From: Azolla caroliniana
Taxonomy: Eukaryota; Plantae; Polypodiophyta
Assembly (NCBI GenBank): GCA_043228905.1
Contig: JBHGNT010000006.1
Span: forward strand, 8,432,001 to 8,496,000
Direction of reading: 5' to 3'
Length of the DNA: 64,000 nucleotides
The position numbers and the translations under genes are program-made. Positions 21,934 through 34,039 of this stretch are shown piece by piece. A model generated the notes under the pieces. That model ran no database searches. It had not been told where the DNA came from and was given only the letters and a program-made list of their open reading frames with translations. Each line of letters opens with the position of its first letter. Position 1 is the stretch's first letter.

Positions 21934-23959
21934 TGTTATGTAGATAGTCTCTCCTTTCGGGGAAGTCGGCCAAAAAGCCGACTCGAGAGTCGGCTGACCG
22001 AAATCGGTTGAGAAGCCGAAATGTGTCGGTTGGCCGAAATCGGTTGAGAACCCGACTCCGAAATCAGTCGAAAATCGAAATGGTATTTCGGTTGAATGGG
22101 AGTCGACCTAATAGGACTTCGGACAAACATATACATATAACACGTTTGCATTCACAAGTGGAAGGATCGCACATTCCACTTATACGTTCCTTTTATAATC
22201 TTGCGATTTTAGGCGATTTTCAGAAACTTGATACACCAATATCACATGTTTTAATAGCATGTAAAATTTGTTAATTTTTTGAGATTTAACAAGTTTCAAA
22301 ATGATAATTTTTAAAATTGAATAGTTTTTCAATAAATGCTTAAACGTTGATGGTTTGCAAATATAAACAAAGTTTTCAACACGAACTCAATACATCGTAT
22401 CGAGTTCATGTTTAAAGGTTTTTTTGTTTTTTTGTTTTTTTGTTTTTTTGTTTTTTCTATCTTTTTTGGGTCTTTTTGTTTTGTTTTTTTTTTTGTTTTT
22501 TTTTGAAGTGATGAAAAAACTAGAGTTTTTCATCACAAGTCGATACAATGTATCGAATTCATGTTTAAAGTTTTTTTTCCCAAAAAACAAATTAATAATA
22601 AATAAATAAATTTGAAAAAAAAATTGAAAAAATTACTTTAAACATGAACTCTATACATTGTATTGAATTGTGGTGAAAAACTATTTTTTCATCAACTCAA
22701 GCTCAATTGATTTATTTTTTTATTTTTTTAAATCCGAGAAAAAAACTTTGAACATGAATTTGATACATTGTATGTAATTGTGATCAAAACTCTGTTTTTT
22801 ACATCAACTCGATATAATGTATGGAGTTCATGTTTAGAAATCATCTTTTTATTCAAATAAAAGAGGTTTAGGGTTTACATGAACTCGAATAGTACTAAAA
22901 TCTATGTTTTTACAAGAGAAAAAGATGCATATTGATATTGCAAAGAAGTATGTTGCACAACAAGACACCTTATGGTGAACATGTGCTTCATTGATTAACA
23001 AAAAACCATTAAGAATTGTGTTGATGGTAATTGAACCTTGCACATGCCATTTACATGGTGTATAAAATATTCTCGTGGTTCTTAATCACCACGTCAAGCA
23101 CTTAATGTTGATCTTCATAGTTTGGTTCATCTACAACAGAGAAACATTTATGTGGAACTAAGGATGACAACACAAGCATAACTCAGGTGACAAGGAAACT
23201 TACAAAAACTCAAGGTGGGGATATTAATAGTTGCACATGTAGATGGCCATCACCTAGGGCACCAATTCTGCATTGGTAAAGTTTTGAACGTGGTGATGGT
23301 TTAAACTTTTGTAATACATCTATCATTGACATTAGTGAGCTAGATATCATTGTGTATGACTTTACACTGACAAAAGTTGGATGTTTAAGGACGACAACGA
23401 TAGATAAAAAAGATATTACCAAGACTAGAAGATATCTCAAATTGAAGGCGAACAAGATTTAGTGCACACAATTTGGAGACACCATTTAGTGAAGACAATG
23501 ATTTGATTGGTACATTTGAAAATGAGGAGGAAGAGTCATAATTGTATATTAGCTATAGTAGTGATTCTCAGGAAAGGAATGATGATAGTGATGCAAATAA
23601 CTCTTAAATGTATTTTTTGTGCAATGATATGTAAGAACTTTAGACAATATTTTATCGAATGAAATAACAAAATTGATTGTTTTGAAATCTTTCGCTTATG
23701 ATTTCGTTAGGATCTAAAATACTACTAGTTGTAATTTCTCCTTAAAAATACACAAAGTTACTTTTCGTATTTGGCCAAAATTTGGCATTTTTCAATTTTA
23801 CCAAATGGTGAAAATTTTAGCTTTTTCATCAAGTTTTTGAGAACATGTGATACTGGTATCAAGGTGTTTTGTGAAATGGCAAAAAAAACCCCAAAATCAA
23901 ACAATATTCCTTATCCTTCCATTTGTGCGCAATCCTTCCACTTGTGAACGCGAACGTGT

Positions 23960-23990
<31 letters not shown>

Positions 23991-24111
23991 TCTTATATAT
24001 GTATATGATATGAGTTAGTGGCAACTATAAGACAGTGTGTAGACATTAGCGTCCTACAACACATAGCAAGTGATACCAATGCTTTCGAGTTATGGCATAA
24101 ACTCTCTGCCC

Positions 24112-24157
<46 letters not shown>

Positions 24158-26665
24158 CTTATATATGTATATGATATGAGTTAGTGGCAACTATAAGACA
24201 GTGTGTAGACATTAGTGTCCTACAACACATAGCAAGTGATACCAATGCTTTCGAGTTATGGCATAAACTCTCTGCCCTCTATGAAAGGAAAAATGCCCTA
24301 AATAAAACTTCCCTAATGATGAAGATAGTGAGACTAAAATACGTAGATGGGGAGAGCATTGTAGAGCACATCAGTACTTTCATGGGATTGGTGAATCAGT
24401 TAGCATCAACGAAGTTCCCATTAGATGATGCTATGCAGGCCACACTACTACTATGTACTCTATCGAATAGTTGGGAAAACCTAATAGTAACACTCAGCAT
24501 TTCATGTAGAGAAGACAACCTATCTTTACAAGTAGTAAAGACAAGTATTTTAAATGAAGAGACAAGAAGAAAGGATAAAAGTGCCTTGTCTCAATCAGAA
24601 GCTAATGTGACCCAAGAACTTAGCAGAGGTAGAAGAGAGCATAGAAGTCCAAAAAATGGAGATAGGTTTTATGGAAAGTCGAAATCGAGAGGAAGACCTA
24701 CATGCTTCTATAATGGGAAGCCAGACCACTTCCAAAAGAATTGTCGACACCTTAGAAAGGACAAAGGCATGGCTGATGAGGTCGAACCCAGAAAAATTTA
24801 TGATGATATAAAAACACCTCAACCATTGCAACTAGTGAGGAAGAGATGTTATTCCTTTGTGAACAAGTTAGTGTGAACCTTGCAAATGTTGAGTGCTCAT
24901 GGGTAGTGGATTTTGGTCCATCATTCCACCTAACTCCCAAAAGAGAATGTTTCTCATCCTACACAGCCGATGACTATGGTTACGTAAGGATGGGAAATGA
25001 CGGTGAATGCAAGATTGTGGGCATAGGAAATGTGTGTTTTAATATCTACTGGTTCTAGGTTAACATTGAAGGATGTACACCATGTTCCAGATATCAGATT
25101 GAATCTGATATCGGTTGGAAGGCTAGACGATGAGGGCTACAATGGTGGATTTCAGAATGGTACATGGAAGTTCTATAAAGGGAGCCTGATTGTGACTCAA
25201 GGCCGGACATTGCATTTGCTTAATGTATGTTATGGTCAGCACAAGGCCGGACATTGCATTTGCTTAATGTATGTTATGGTCGGCACAAGGCCGAACATTG
25301 CATTTGTTGTTGGGACAATTAGTCGGTACATGAGTAATCCTGGAAAGGAGCATTGGGCAACCGTAAAATGGATACTCAAATACAACAAAGGAACTTCGAG
25401 TTTATGCCTTAGATATGGCTCCGGGAAACCTATGTTAGAAGGTTTCACAGATTCTGATATGTCGGGGGATGTAGATTCCAACCGATCCACATCAGGGTAT
25501 GTGATGACTTATTCAGGGGGAGTCGTGTCATGGCAATCAAGATTGCAAAAGGTTGTGGCTTTGTCAACCACAAAGGCTGAATATATGGTTGTAGTGGAAG
25601 TCGGAAAAGAATTAATTTGGATGAGAGATTTTTTAAGTGAACTAGGAATGAAACAAGAATCATTCCTACTTCATTGTGATAATCAAAGTGCAATACACCT
25701 CGCGAAGAATGCTGCTTATCACTCTCATACAAAGCACATTCAAAGGAGGTATCATTGGTTGCGAGAGAGAGTGAAAGAAAATGAGTTCGCCTTAGCGAAG
25801 ATCCATACTGACGAAAATGGGTAGATATGCTTACTAAAGTCTTGCCTATGGAAAAACTTGTTGTGTGCCGGCAAAAGACTAGTTTGGTTGACTCTCCCCC
25901 TACATGAGTGAAGGGGGAGTTTGTTATGTAGATAATCCCTCCTTTCAGGGAAGTCAGCCGAAAAGCCGACTCGAGAGTCGGTTGACCGAAATCGGTTGAG
26001 AAGCCGACTCCGAAATCAGTCGAAAACCAAAATGGTATTTCAATCAAATGGGAGTCAGCCTAATAGGACTTTGGACAAACATATACATATATATGTGTGT
26101 GTGTTCTTATATATGTATATGGTATGAGCTAGTATATATAGTAAGAGTGTAACTAGCTGCGTTTGTATGTGGGATAATTCACTTAGAGTAAAAACAGTGA
26201 GAAAAAGTGTGAAAGTATACTTAAGTGAAAAAGTGGGCGCGTGAGTTGCATAAGAATATATACTGCAAGAAAAGAGCGCGACTGAGTACGACTGAGAAAA
26301 ACATAGTAGTGGTTGTGCGGGTGCCATAGCTCAGAAGTTTAGCGTGAGAGGAAACAAAGGAAGGAGAGTGTAACAGAAAGAAAAGGAAAAGACAAGTCAA
26401 GAAGCCTTGAAGGCTTCGAAAGAGATAGACACCTATGAGTTAGGGTTTGGTGCACTCGGCTGAAATTGTGGTTTTAGAGTGCAACCATACCAAATCAGGT
26501 TCTATCATTCTATGTTTGTATTTTGTTTATCTCATAGTGGAAATTTCCTGTTCCCGTGGTTTTTCCCTGAAATCGGGGTTTTCCACGTAAATCGTGTGTT
26601 ACTTGTTTTACTTTTGATTGTGTCTAAGTCTATTTGTAACTTCCGTCTGAGTAGAAATCATAACA
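21934..26665 (+). mobile_element. Ty1/Copia element C (Tnt1/Tork-like, related to B), internally deleted and non-autonomous
   Basis: TGTTATGTAG...CATAACA ends with TSD ATATC (21929-21933 and 26666-26670). Complete 3' LTR 25922-26665 after PPT GAGTGAAGGGGGAG. The truncated 5' LTR is fused to gag. gag and protease 24184-25197 jump to late RT/RNaseH 25260-25900, so integrase is missing. Confidence 0.93.
22140..23959. mobile_element. 1.8-kb TIR DNA element with TA target duplication, inserted in the 5' LTR of Copia C
   Basis: Left end ACACGTTTGCATTCACAAGTGGAAGGAT; right end reverse complement ACACGTTCGCGTTCACAAGTGGAAGGAT. Comparison with the empty site in the 3' LTR (CATATATATGTG) shows 2 extra bases (TA). 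Confidence 0.85.
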
Positions 26666-27054
26666 ATATCTACTCATAAATTATTCGACATCACTTTCAA
26701 CCATTCAAAATTTTACCTACAAAGCTGCAAACTAGCTCAAAAGACATTAAACTTCTGGTAGAGAAGAAAAAATATTAGGCATCATGATTCTTTCTACCTT
26801 TGCATCAATAAGACAATGTTAGCATTTTTTATAGTGCTTTTATGAAGAAGATAAAGAAGGAGAAGGGGAACAAGAAGAAGAAGCGTCAGCATCTCTACCA
26901 ATAGACAAAGCATCAAATTTTAGGATTTATAACAATCTACTGCAAACACAACATATTGATTGATCTTTCATGCATACACAACATATTGATAAAAATGAGT
27001 TGCAAATCGCAATATGAAACTCAACATATCTTTCATAAATCCCTAAATGGAGAT

Positions 27055-27783
27055 TTATCTTGACTCAAACAATTTGTGGGAATCTGAAGGACTTCTTTGC
27101 TGTGGTATTTGGGTGGGTATGGTTTGGAGATTTATCTTTTTGGCTGGTTAAATGTTTTAGGTCAGCTTCTTGGTTTCTCTGGAACAGGACTATATGCATT
27201 TTGCAAGCTTAAAGGAAAGTGAATAATACAAAGGTACTAATTGATGATAGAGGTGAGGAATGGAAATTTTGGTGGAAAAGAGAAATACAAAGGAATGGAA
27301 AGTTTGGAGGAAAAGAGAAATACACATCCATGGATGTATGCAGATTTTAGAAGCAAAACACACACACAAAAAATGAGAGCCTTAGAAAGTTAGATGCATA
27401 AGTAATCGTTTTCAAAATTTGGTTTGCTTGTGGCCAAATTTCTCTCTGAGATAGTGATTTTGGCCTTCAAAGGGAAAGGTCATCAAAGTTCTTCTATGTA
27501 ATGGATAAATCAAATAGAAATCTTCCTATCTCACATAAGAAAATGATGGTTGCACTCTCAACAAGGCTATGTAGAATTTGAGTGTATAATTACTTTATAA
27601 AGTGTAATTTATTGGACATATGGGTAGTTTGGTAAATTTGGAACTTCTAGGGGCATTTTGGTAAATAGACAAACTCCCAGGGGTATCCTTGTACTTTTCC
27701 CTATATTCTATTTGTATATTGCCCATTGCCACTTTAATTTTAATACCAATGGAGGATTTATTTTTTTTATTTTTATTTTTAAA
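27055..27783. mobile_element. Insertion in the right foldback arm containing one Mutator-type terminus
   Basis: Interrupts the inverted symmetry, with CCCTAAATGGAGAT on both sides (~27041 and ~27784). The reverse complement from 27700 reads GGGAAAAGTACAAGGATACCCC...TTTACCAAAATGCCCC, resembling plant MULE-MITE ends. Confidence 0.45.
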
Positions 27784-30700
27784 CCCTAAATGGAGATAAA
27801 TAAAGATGAGCAAAGAGAAGAAAGTACTTACAAGATGAACCATACGTACCATATGTGTAGGGTTTTAGCAATGTTGATGTTGTGACCCCTAACACGATGC
27901 TAGGTTAGGTCCGAGGGCTTGGGTTATGTCCTCCCATTGGGTTAGGTTCGAAGGATCGGGTTAGGTTTACAAAATTACAAGGGTCGGGTTAGGTATGTAG
28001 AGTTCAGGTTAGGCTTAGAAAATTACACTTCCCGGGTTAGGTTAGCACAGTCTGTGTTAGGTTTAGAAAATTACATTGCCCAAGTTAAGTTAACAGAGTC
28101 CATGTTAGGTTTAGGGTTAGAATAACATAGTCCAGGTTAGGTAATCCAATGGCATCATCATGGCCCAGGTTAGATGTGATAGAGGCTCGTAAGAGCCAGG
28201 TTGGGTTTCAGGCGCACACTTTTTATGGGTAGAGATCAAACGTTGCATATCGCACGCACCATTTAAAATGTGTCATGTACCGTCCATGACTGTGATTTCC
28301 TCACCAAGCCTCTTTATTATTTGGTAGCAAATAGAAACGTCATACGCACATATACAAACATAAATACATGTGTTATACACATATACATACTGATACACAT
28401 ATGTTTGATAAAGCCAAAAGTATAGGCCTACCTTTCTCCATATTCATCGAGATATCCCTCACATACCATCCCAATCAGGAGAATTTATTAGAATTGTCGC
28501 CCAGATTTCATATGGAAATTTAGTTGCATATAATGTAGTTGTAATGTTAACGCTTACTAGTTATGACATAACCTATCACTTGTCGTTGCACAATTACATC
28601 CTTGAAAGTACAATTAACTACCGGAATGATTTATTCTCATGTTTACAAATGTGTTTGTGAATAGTGGGTCAATTACACGAATTTTGTTATTAATCACCAC
28701 TTAGTTATGGCAACTTGGTATTGTTTAAGTCAAAGTCAAGATAGTGATCACGTAAAAATCAAGGTTAAATGGGCATTTTGCATCTTAATCGGTAACAAGC
28801 AATGAGTTTTGCTTGTTACAATATTAAAAATACAATTGAAAAGTATGTGTGTCTTAATCGATCAAATAGAAGCTAATTAACAATTATTGTCATATTGTAG
28901 ATGTGCAATAATTGTCAAGAATGGAAGTGTGGCAATATTAATTACATTTCTAATTGCAATTTGTAAGAAAGCTAGAAACAAAATTATAGCATATCTTAGT
29001 TTGAAGTATCTTCTTAGATTTTAATGTTACTTGATCTTATTGATGAGATTAATTAATAAATGTGTTTGATGCAGAGTTTGCTTCTTGGACTTCCTTGCTT
29101 GTGTGTTTAATCTTAATTTTCATGTTATTAAAGGCCTCCTTAATTTCTCATGCATTTCCCCCGCATGAAACCAACAACAAGCTCTAAAGATTTTTCAAAG
29201 CTTGGAATATTCCCTAAACTTTAACAACTTCGGTAAAGTATAATTGGCAAGTTCGTTAAAGATAGACATAAGCGCCCATTGTAGAACAAAAACATTATCA
29301 AACTTTCATATAGTCTACTCTAGTTAGGAATGAATTAGCACCTTCAACTTATATTAGCCTCAGAATTGGCTCTAATCAATAATGGTTTAATAACAACACG
29401 CCTTCCTAAGCATTTACCAACTTTATTTCAAGGCCTATGAGCAAAATATTGATCATCATATGCACCAATTTATTCTTGAATTTATACACATGTGCAATGA
29501 TGAATACATCAACAAAGAATACAATTGTCCCATGGCTTTGCTTATAAATTAAAATAATAATGACACTTCCCAACATCTTCAAGCATTCAATTAACATCCA
29601 TACCATGCTCTACCACCACGTTTTACATATTTCAAAGCATATGGTGTCTTTTGTTATATGCTTTGTAAAGGCTAACCTTAGGAACAAATTGTAAAGGCTA
29701 ATTTCAATTGTTTAAGAGTAAGATAAGTGGGAAACCAACCACCCTAGTATTAACCAATTAATCTAGTACTTGGGAGTCAGGACAAATCCATAAGGACCTA
29801 TGGCATGTGTAAACACATGGCCATTTGGGAGACCAAGGAGTTGAAGGTTATGGAAGAGGGACAAGCTACCCCTTAATCTCTACACCATCAAAGGTTAAGA
29901 CTCATTTTCTGGTTCTCCTAAAAAGACATTGAAACCTCTATATTTTGCTCCATATATAACAAAATGAATGCATTGATGAATGTGATTGCTTGGTATCATC
30001 CACTTGAGTTTTATGAAATTCTCGAAGAGTCCCATTAAAACTGCAAAATTAGGATAACAGATTCCAGTTGTTTGACTTTGGTATGCTCACCATCAATTCT
30101 TCTATTGTCTTGAGATCTTGAACATGAGGAAAAAAATGCATATAAGGTAAGAACTGGGATAGATTCCAAATGTTTGATTTTGGTTGTGCACAAATCATTT
30201 GCAGTTTTTCAAATTATTTCGATTCGTTTTGAACTCCAAGAAAAAACACATCAAGCAAGATTTATGATAGTGAATCTTGCTAAATTGTGATAAGCATAAT
30301 AGTTCTCAATGTAGCTTAGTTTTAAAATATGCTTGATGTTCTAATGCTCTAATACAATGTGAAGATCCAAACTAGGAACTTTAAAACAAGACAACACAAT
30401 AGCTATACAAGAGTTATTATGCTTCTCCACCATAACTAAAACTCCGAAAAAGTTATTATTGCAACAACATGCATGGCACAAATAAGTAATAACATAACAC
30501 AAGAGCTATCGATAGGACTTTATATTGGAAGTATAACATGCCTTCTTGATATATAATAATCACATAATGTCTCATGAAAAGGAGATATTTATATGGTGAA
30601 TTCATGAGACAGAAGTGTCAAAGATAAGCTATTAAGAACACACACATATATGAAACTGTAACAATCTTGTTAAGCCACATACACATAATAGCCATGGCTT

Positions 30701-30810
30701 GCAACCATGATAGAATAGAACTATATGTTATAACACATATCACAGACATGGAAAGACCTGTGTTTTCTGTATAATACTATATACATTTTCATTTGTGTTC
30801 CATTCCAAAC

Positions 30811-32523
30811 CTAGTAATGCCTCTGTTTGAACTCTCCCGGTCCACTGAGGGTCGCTATTCTAAGGGCTGGAACAGAAAACGTCTTTACAATTCCTACACC
30901 TTTCTTCAATCCTTGCCAAACGATCCAAAAGAAGGTAATCCATCCTGCAAATCCCAGAATCCTATTAGCATCGATCTTCCTTGCATTTGTTTCGAGCATT
31001 AAAAACCAAAACAAGGTTTCCATTAGAGCAGAAACTTCATTTCAAAGTTCCCACATCATCAAAACAAGAAAAGAAAATTGTTTTGAGGATAAGTCTTAAA
31101 TTTCAAATTGCCTTTCAAGCATCAAAACAAAAAACAATTTCTCGTAGAAATTATCTTATTTTCAAAGAAAAATTTTAGGCATCATGAAACAAAAGTGAAT
31201 TCATGAGTATTGATCCTATCTCAATTTTTTTGCATGCATCAATCTTATTGTGAGTGAGCTGTCAAAAATGGAAACAATATCATTGGCCTGGCTCGTATGT
31301 CAAATCTTTTCTTCAAGTTTTCAAGAATGGATTAAGAAGAATCGCATGTAAAAAAAGCTTGAGTTACTGACCTATGGCCATTAAAGTGGCCGACACACAG
31401 AAGAAAGTGGTGGTTGAAACAGAGATAACTGCTGTGACGAGAGCAACAATGTAGATAGCAGTCAGCGAGGTGAAAAACACAGCTATGAACGCCCCTATAG
31501 ATGCAATTGATGCAAGAAACCCAACCGCAACTGCATTCACTGTGATTGCAAGGAAGAAGAGCATAAAACTTCCCAATCCTAAAAGCCCTAGCAGCAGCAC
31601 TATACCCACCTAATACATACAAAAAATCCATCGTCAATAACATCAATATATATATATATATGGAAAAACATACTTGAATGAACTTTCGGGTTAAAGGATT
31701 ATAATCCCATTGCTTGCAAATATTAAAGACAGAAAAATTTCTCTGTTTTTCAAAGTTACTGCTACTAGCACATGATTTGGCTGACCAACAGACTACAGAG
31801 AAAAGGGAGGAAAGAAATGGTGTTTGGGAGTATAACTCTAAACCTTAAACAATCTGCAGAGCTTCAAAGTAGTCCCCTCACACCTAAACCCTGAAGATTC
31901 CAAGTCTAAGAAGAAATCATTGAATGTCATAGAATGTATAGTCTAAAGCCTAAAGATTCGAGAATAAGCTAATGTCATATCCAAATGCGATCTCATTAGC
32001 ACAGACGGGATGTATTGTTCTAACATTAATCACTAACCCCAGAAACTCTAAACCTGACGATCCAAGAGATTATAAGCTATATCGAAACCTTGCTTTTTCT
32101 ACTAGCATCATTTGATTAGACAACAGTGGCAGAGGAAAAAAAACAAAAATCAACTAAACCCTAGTCCTAACCTGGACCTTGAACACTCCCCTCCAGACAG
32201 ATGCAAAATGTGCATAATCTCGAAATATAGAAAGGAATGCCAAAAGCAATACCCATGCACACGGAAAAGAGAGAGAGAAATGAGTGACAAGAGAGACTTA
32301 CAGTAGAGACCAAGAAAGCTCGCCATGGCCCTCCTCTCTTCATCCATCGCAAAATCTGATCTGTTCTATGACGTACCGCCTCTCTAATCTCGGGAGACCT
32401 CTGCAGAAGAGCTTCTCTGCCACGCGCAAGGAAGAAGAAGGAGACAGAAGCGGGAGAAAGACCGGGAGATCGTGAGCTCAGAGCCTGACGACGGTCTCCA
32501 GAGCCATGGATGGGATGATCCAT
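30811..32523 (-). CDS. LDIP: LDAP-interacting protein (LDIP)/promethin-like lipid-droplet membrane protein, 197 aa, 3 exons
   Basis: Exons 32523-32302, 31609-31372 and 30944-30811 with GT-AG introns join in frame (594 nt). The protein has WMKRGGPWRAFLVST, a long hydrophobic stretch (FMLFFLAITVNAV...FFTSLTAIYIVAL) and GWITFFWIVW, recalling Arabidopsis At5g16550. Confidence 0.85.
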
Positions 32524-33378
32524 GGTCTCTTCCTTCGGTTTCTGATGATGACTTTCAATGAAAAGATCGATACTTTCGTTCTTTCTTTTCCTTTCTTTGT
32601 GTATTTCTTCCTCCCTTCCTTTCTTCTCTGGCGATGGCAGAGAAAGTCAGGGATTAGGGTGGAGGGTTCCAGACAAAATTAGGGTTAGGGGTTAGGTTTC
32701 TCTGTTCTACTGTGCAGGGGGAGGTGGCAAGGCGCTTCTCTGTTCTACTGTGGGCCTAATTAATATACTCGAATGCATTGGAAAACATTCTTTTTCATAC
32801 GAATGCGTATGTTATCAAAACATTCTCTCTTTTTTTTAAACACTTCTTACCTTAAAAAAAATTTTACCTTGCAATAAATAATCAATACTAAAGTATGGTA
32901 TTTACCATACTTCGAGGGTGTTTACCATACTCGAATGAATGAAACATTCTTGAATGCGAAATGCACGTATGGTACGTATGGTTCATACTATGCTCAAAAA
33001 CAGTGAGAATCCATGTCTTCTTCTTCTTCTTGTCATGTTTTATTAATGAATGAATTAGGGACCCCGACCGAGACCTTGGATTTGGACCCGGACAAACTTG
33101 CGGTCAAGAAATTAGAACTTCTCAAATGGGCCCAACACCATTTCATGCCTTTTGCCACACTCTCATATTTTGGCTCATATGGACACGTAAAATGATCTAG
33201 CTACAATGAATCGAAAAATTAGACAAGTATGTATATGCACGCATCTCGTGCTTAAGCTATTATGGTTCTATAAGAAGTTTATGAAACTTAGATAAAGGTC
33301 CTTTTTTTACATAGAATAAAATGTGGGCTTCAACTTCAAGGAAAATCAAATGGGGTCTTTTTACGTAACATGGGAGCA

Positions 33379-34030
33379 CTTCTCATCAATATCTTGAATT
33401 TTTTCTCTCCAAATTGGATGCAAAATAAAGCCAGTTGCATGCAATGGTGAATGTAGCATTGTCCATCTTTGCATACATATTCCTCAAATTTCATCAAGCA
33501 ATAAATTATCTACATCTTCAATGTGGTTTATTTCTTCTATCATACGATGAGTACATTCATAAATTAAACCCATGGGTGCACCTTCTCTATCCACCAATCT
33601 AAGAACTTTTAAGATTGGCTTGCATATCTTTATTGTCTTCTTTATATTTGCCCAAAAGGAAGCATCAAGTGTAACTGAAACTATTTCTTCTCCTAGTTGT
33701 GTTCTTTATCCTTTCCATTGACACCATTGTTCACTAACCACCATTCTTCTTAATCCACCTTTGACTTTATCATCCAATAAGTTTGACAGGATGATAAAAC
33801 TATAGGCAAATCTAGTAGTGGAAGGCTTTAACAATTCTTTCTCATTAACTTACGAAACATTGCCAAAGAATATTGTTTTCGTGTAATAAACACGATTACC
33901 TTTGTAGCCAATTTCAAAACATCATGAATTTTCCAATATCTTCAAACAACAAATCAAGGCAATGACATGTGCATCTAGTAAAAAAGATCATGGGCCACTC
34001 TTTCTCTATCATCCTCCCATCTACCATGAC
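33379..34030 (-). pseudogene. hAT transposase internal fragment (DUF659 region)
   Basis: - strand translation gives WPMIFFTRCTCHCLDLLFEDIGK, ELLKPSTTRFA, KPILKVLRLVD and LHSPLHATGFILHP, all typical hAT motifs. No termini are present. Confidence 0.85.
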
Positions 34031-34039
34031 ATGTGGTCC

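Larger units (their letters stand above)
20039..28340. mobile_element. Foldback (long inverted-repeat) non-autonomous element with termini related to MULE-A, disrupted by insertions
   Basis: Inverted blocks: ~20053-20500 with ~27780-28285; ~20490-20585 with ~26956-27054; ~21345-21525 with ~26666-26840; ~21519-21655 with ~21799-21933. The symmetry centre is near 21725. The right terminus (reverse complement TTCTATTTGCTACCAAATAATAAAGAGGCTTGGTGAGGAAAT) resembles the MULE-A TIR. Confidence 0.8.

Noticed and set aside
20047-28297. CACTA-like element CACAG...CTGTG with 3-bp TSD ATT
   Set aside because: Inverted similarity continues outside these points (ACGTCTCTATT versus AATAGAAACGT), and the right end aligns with the MULE-A TIR. 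The ATT match is best explained by a deletion in the left arm.
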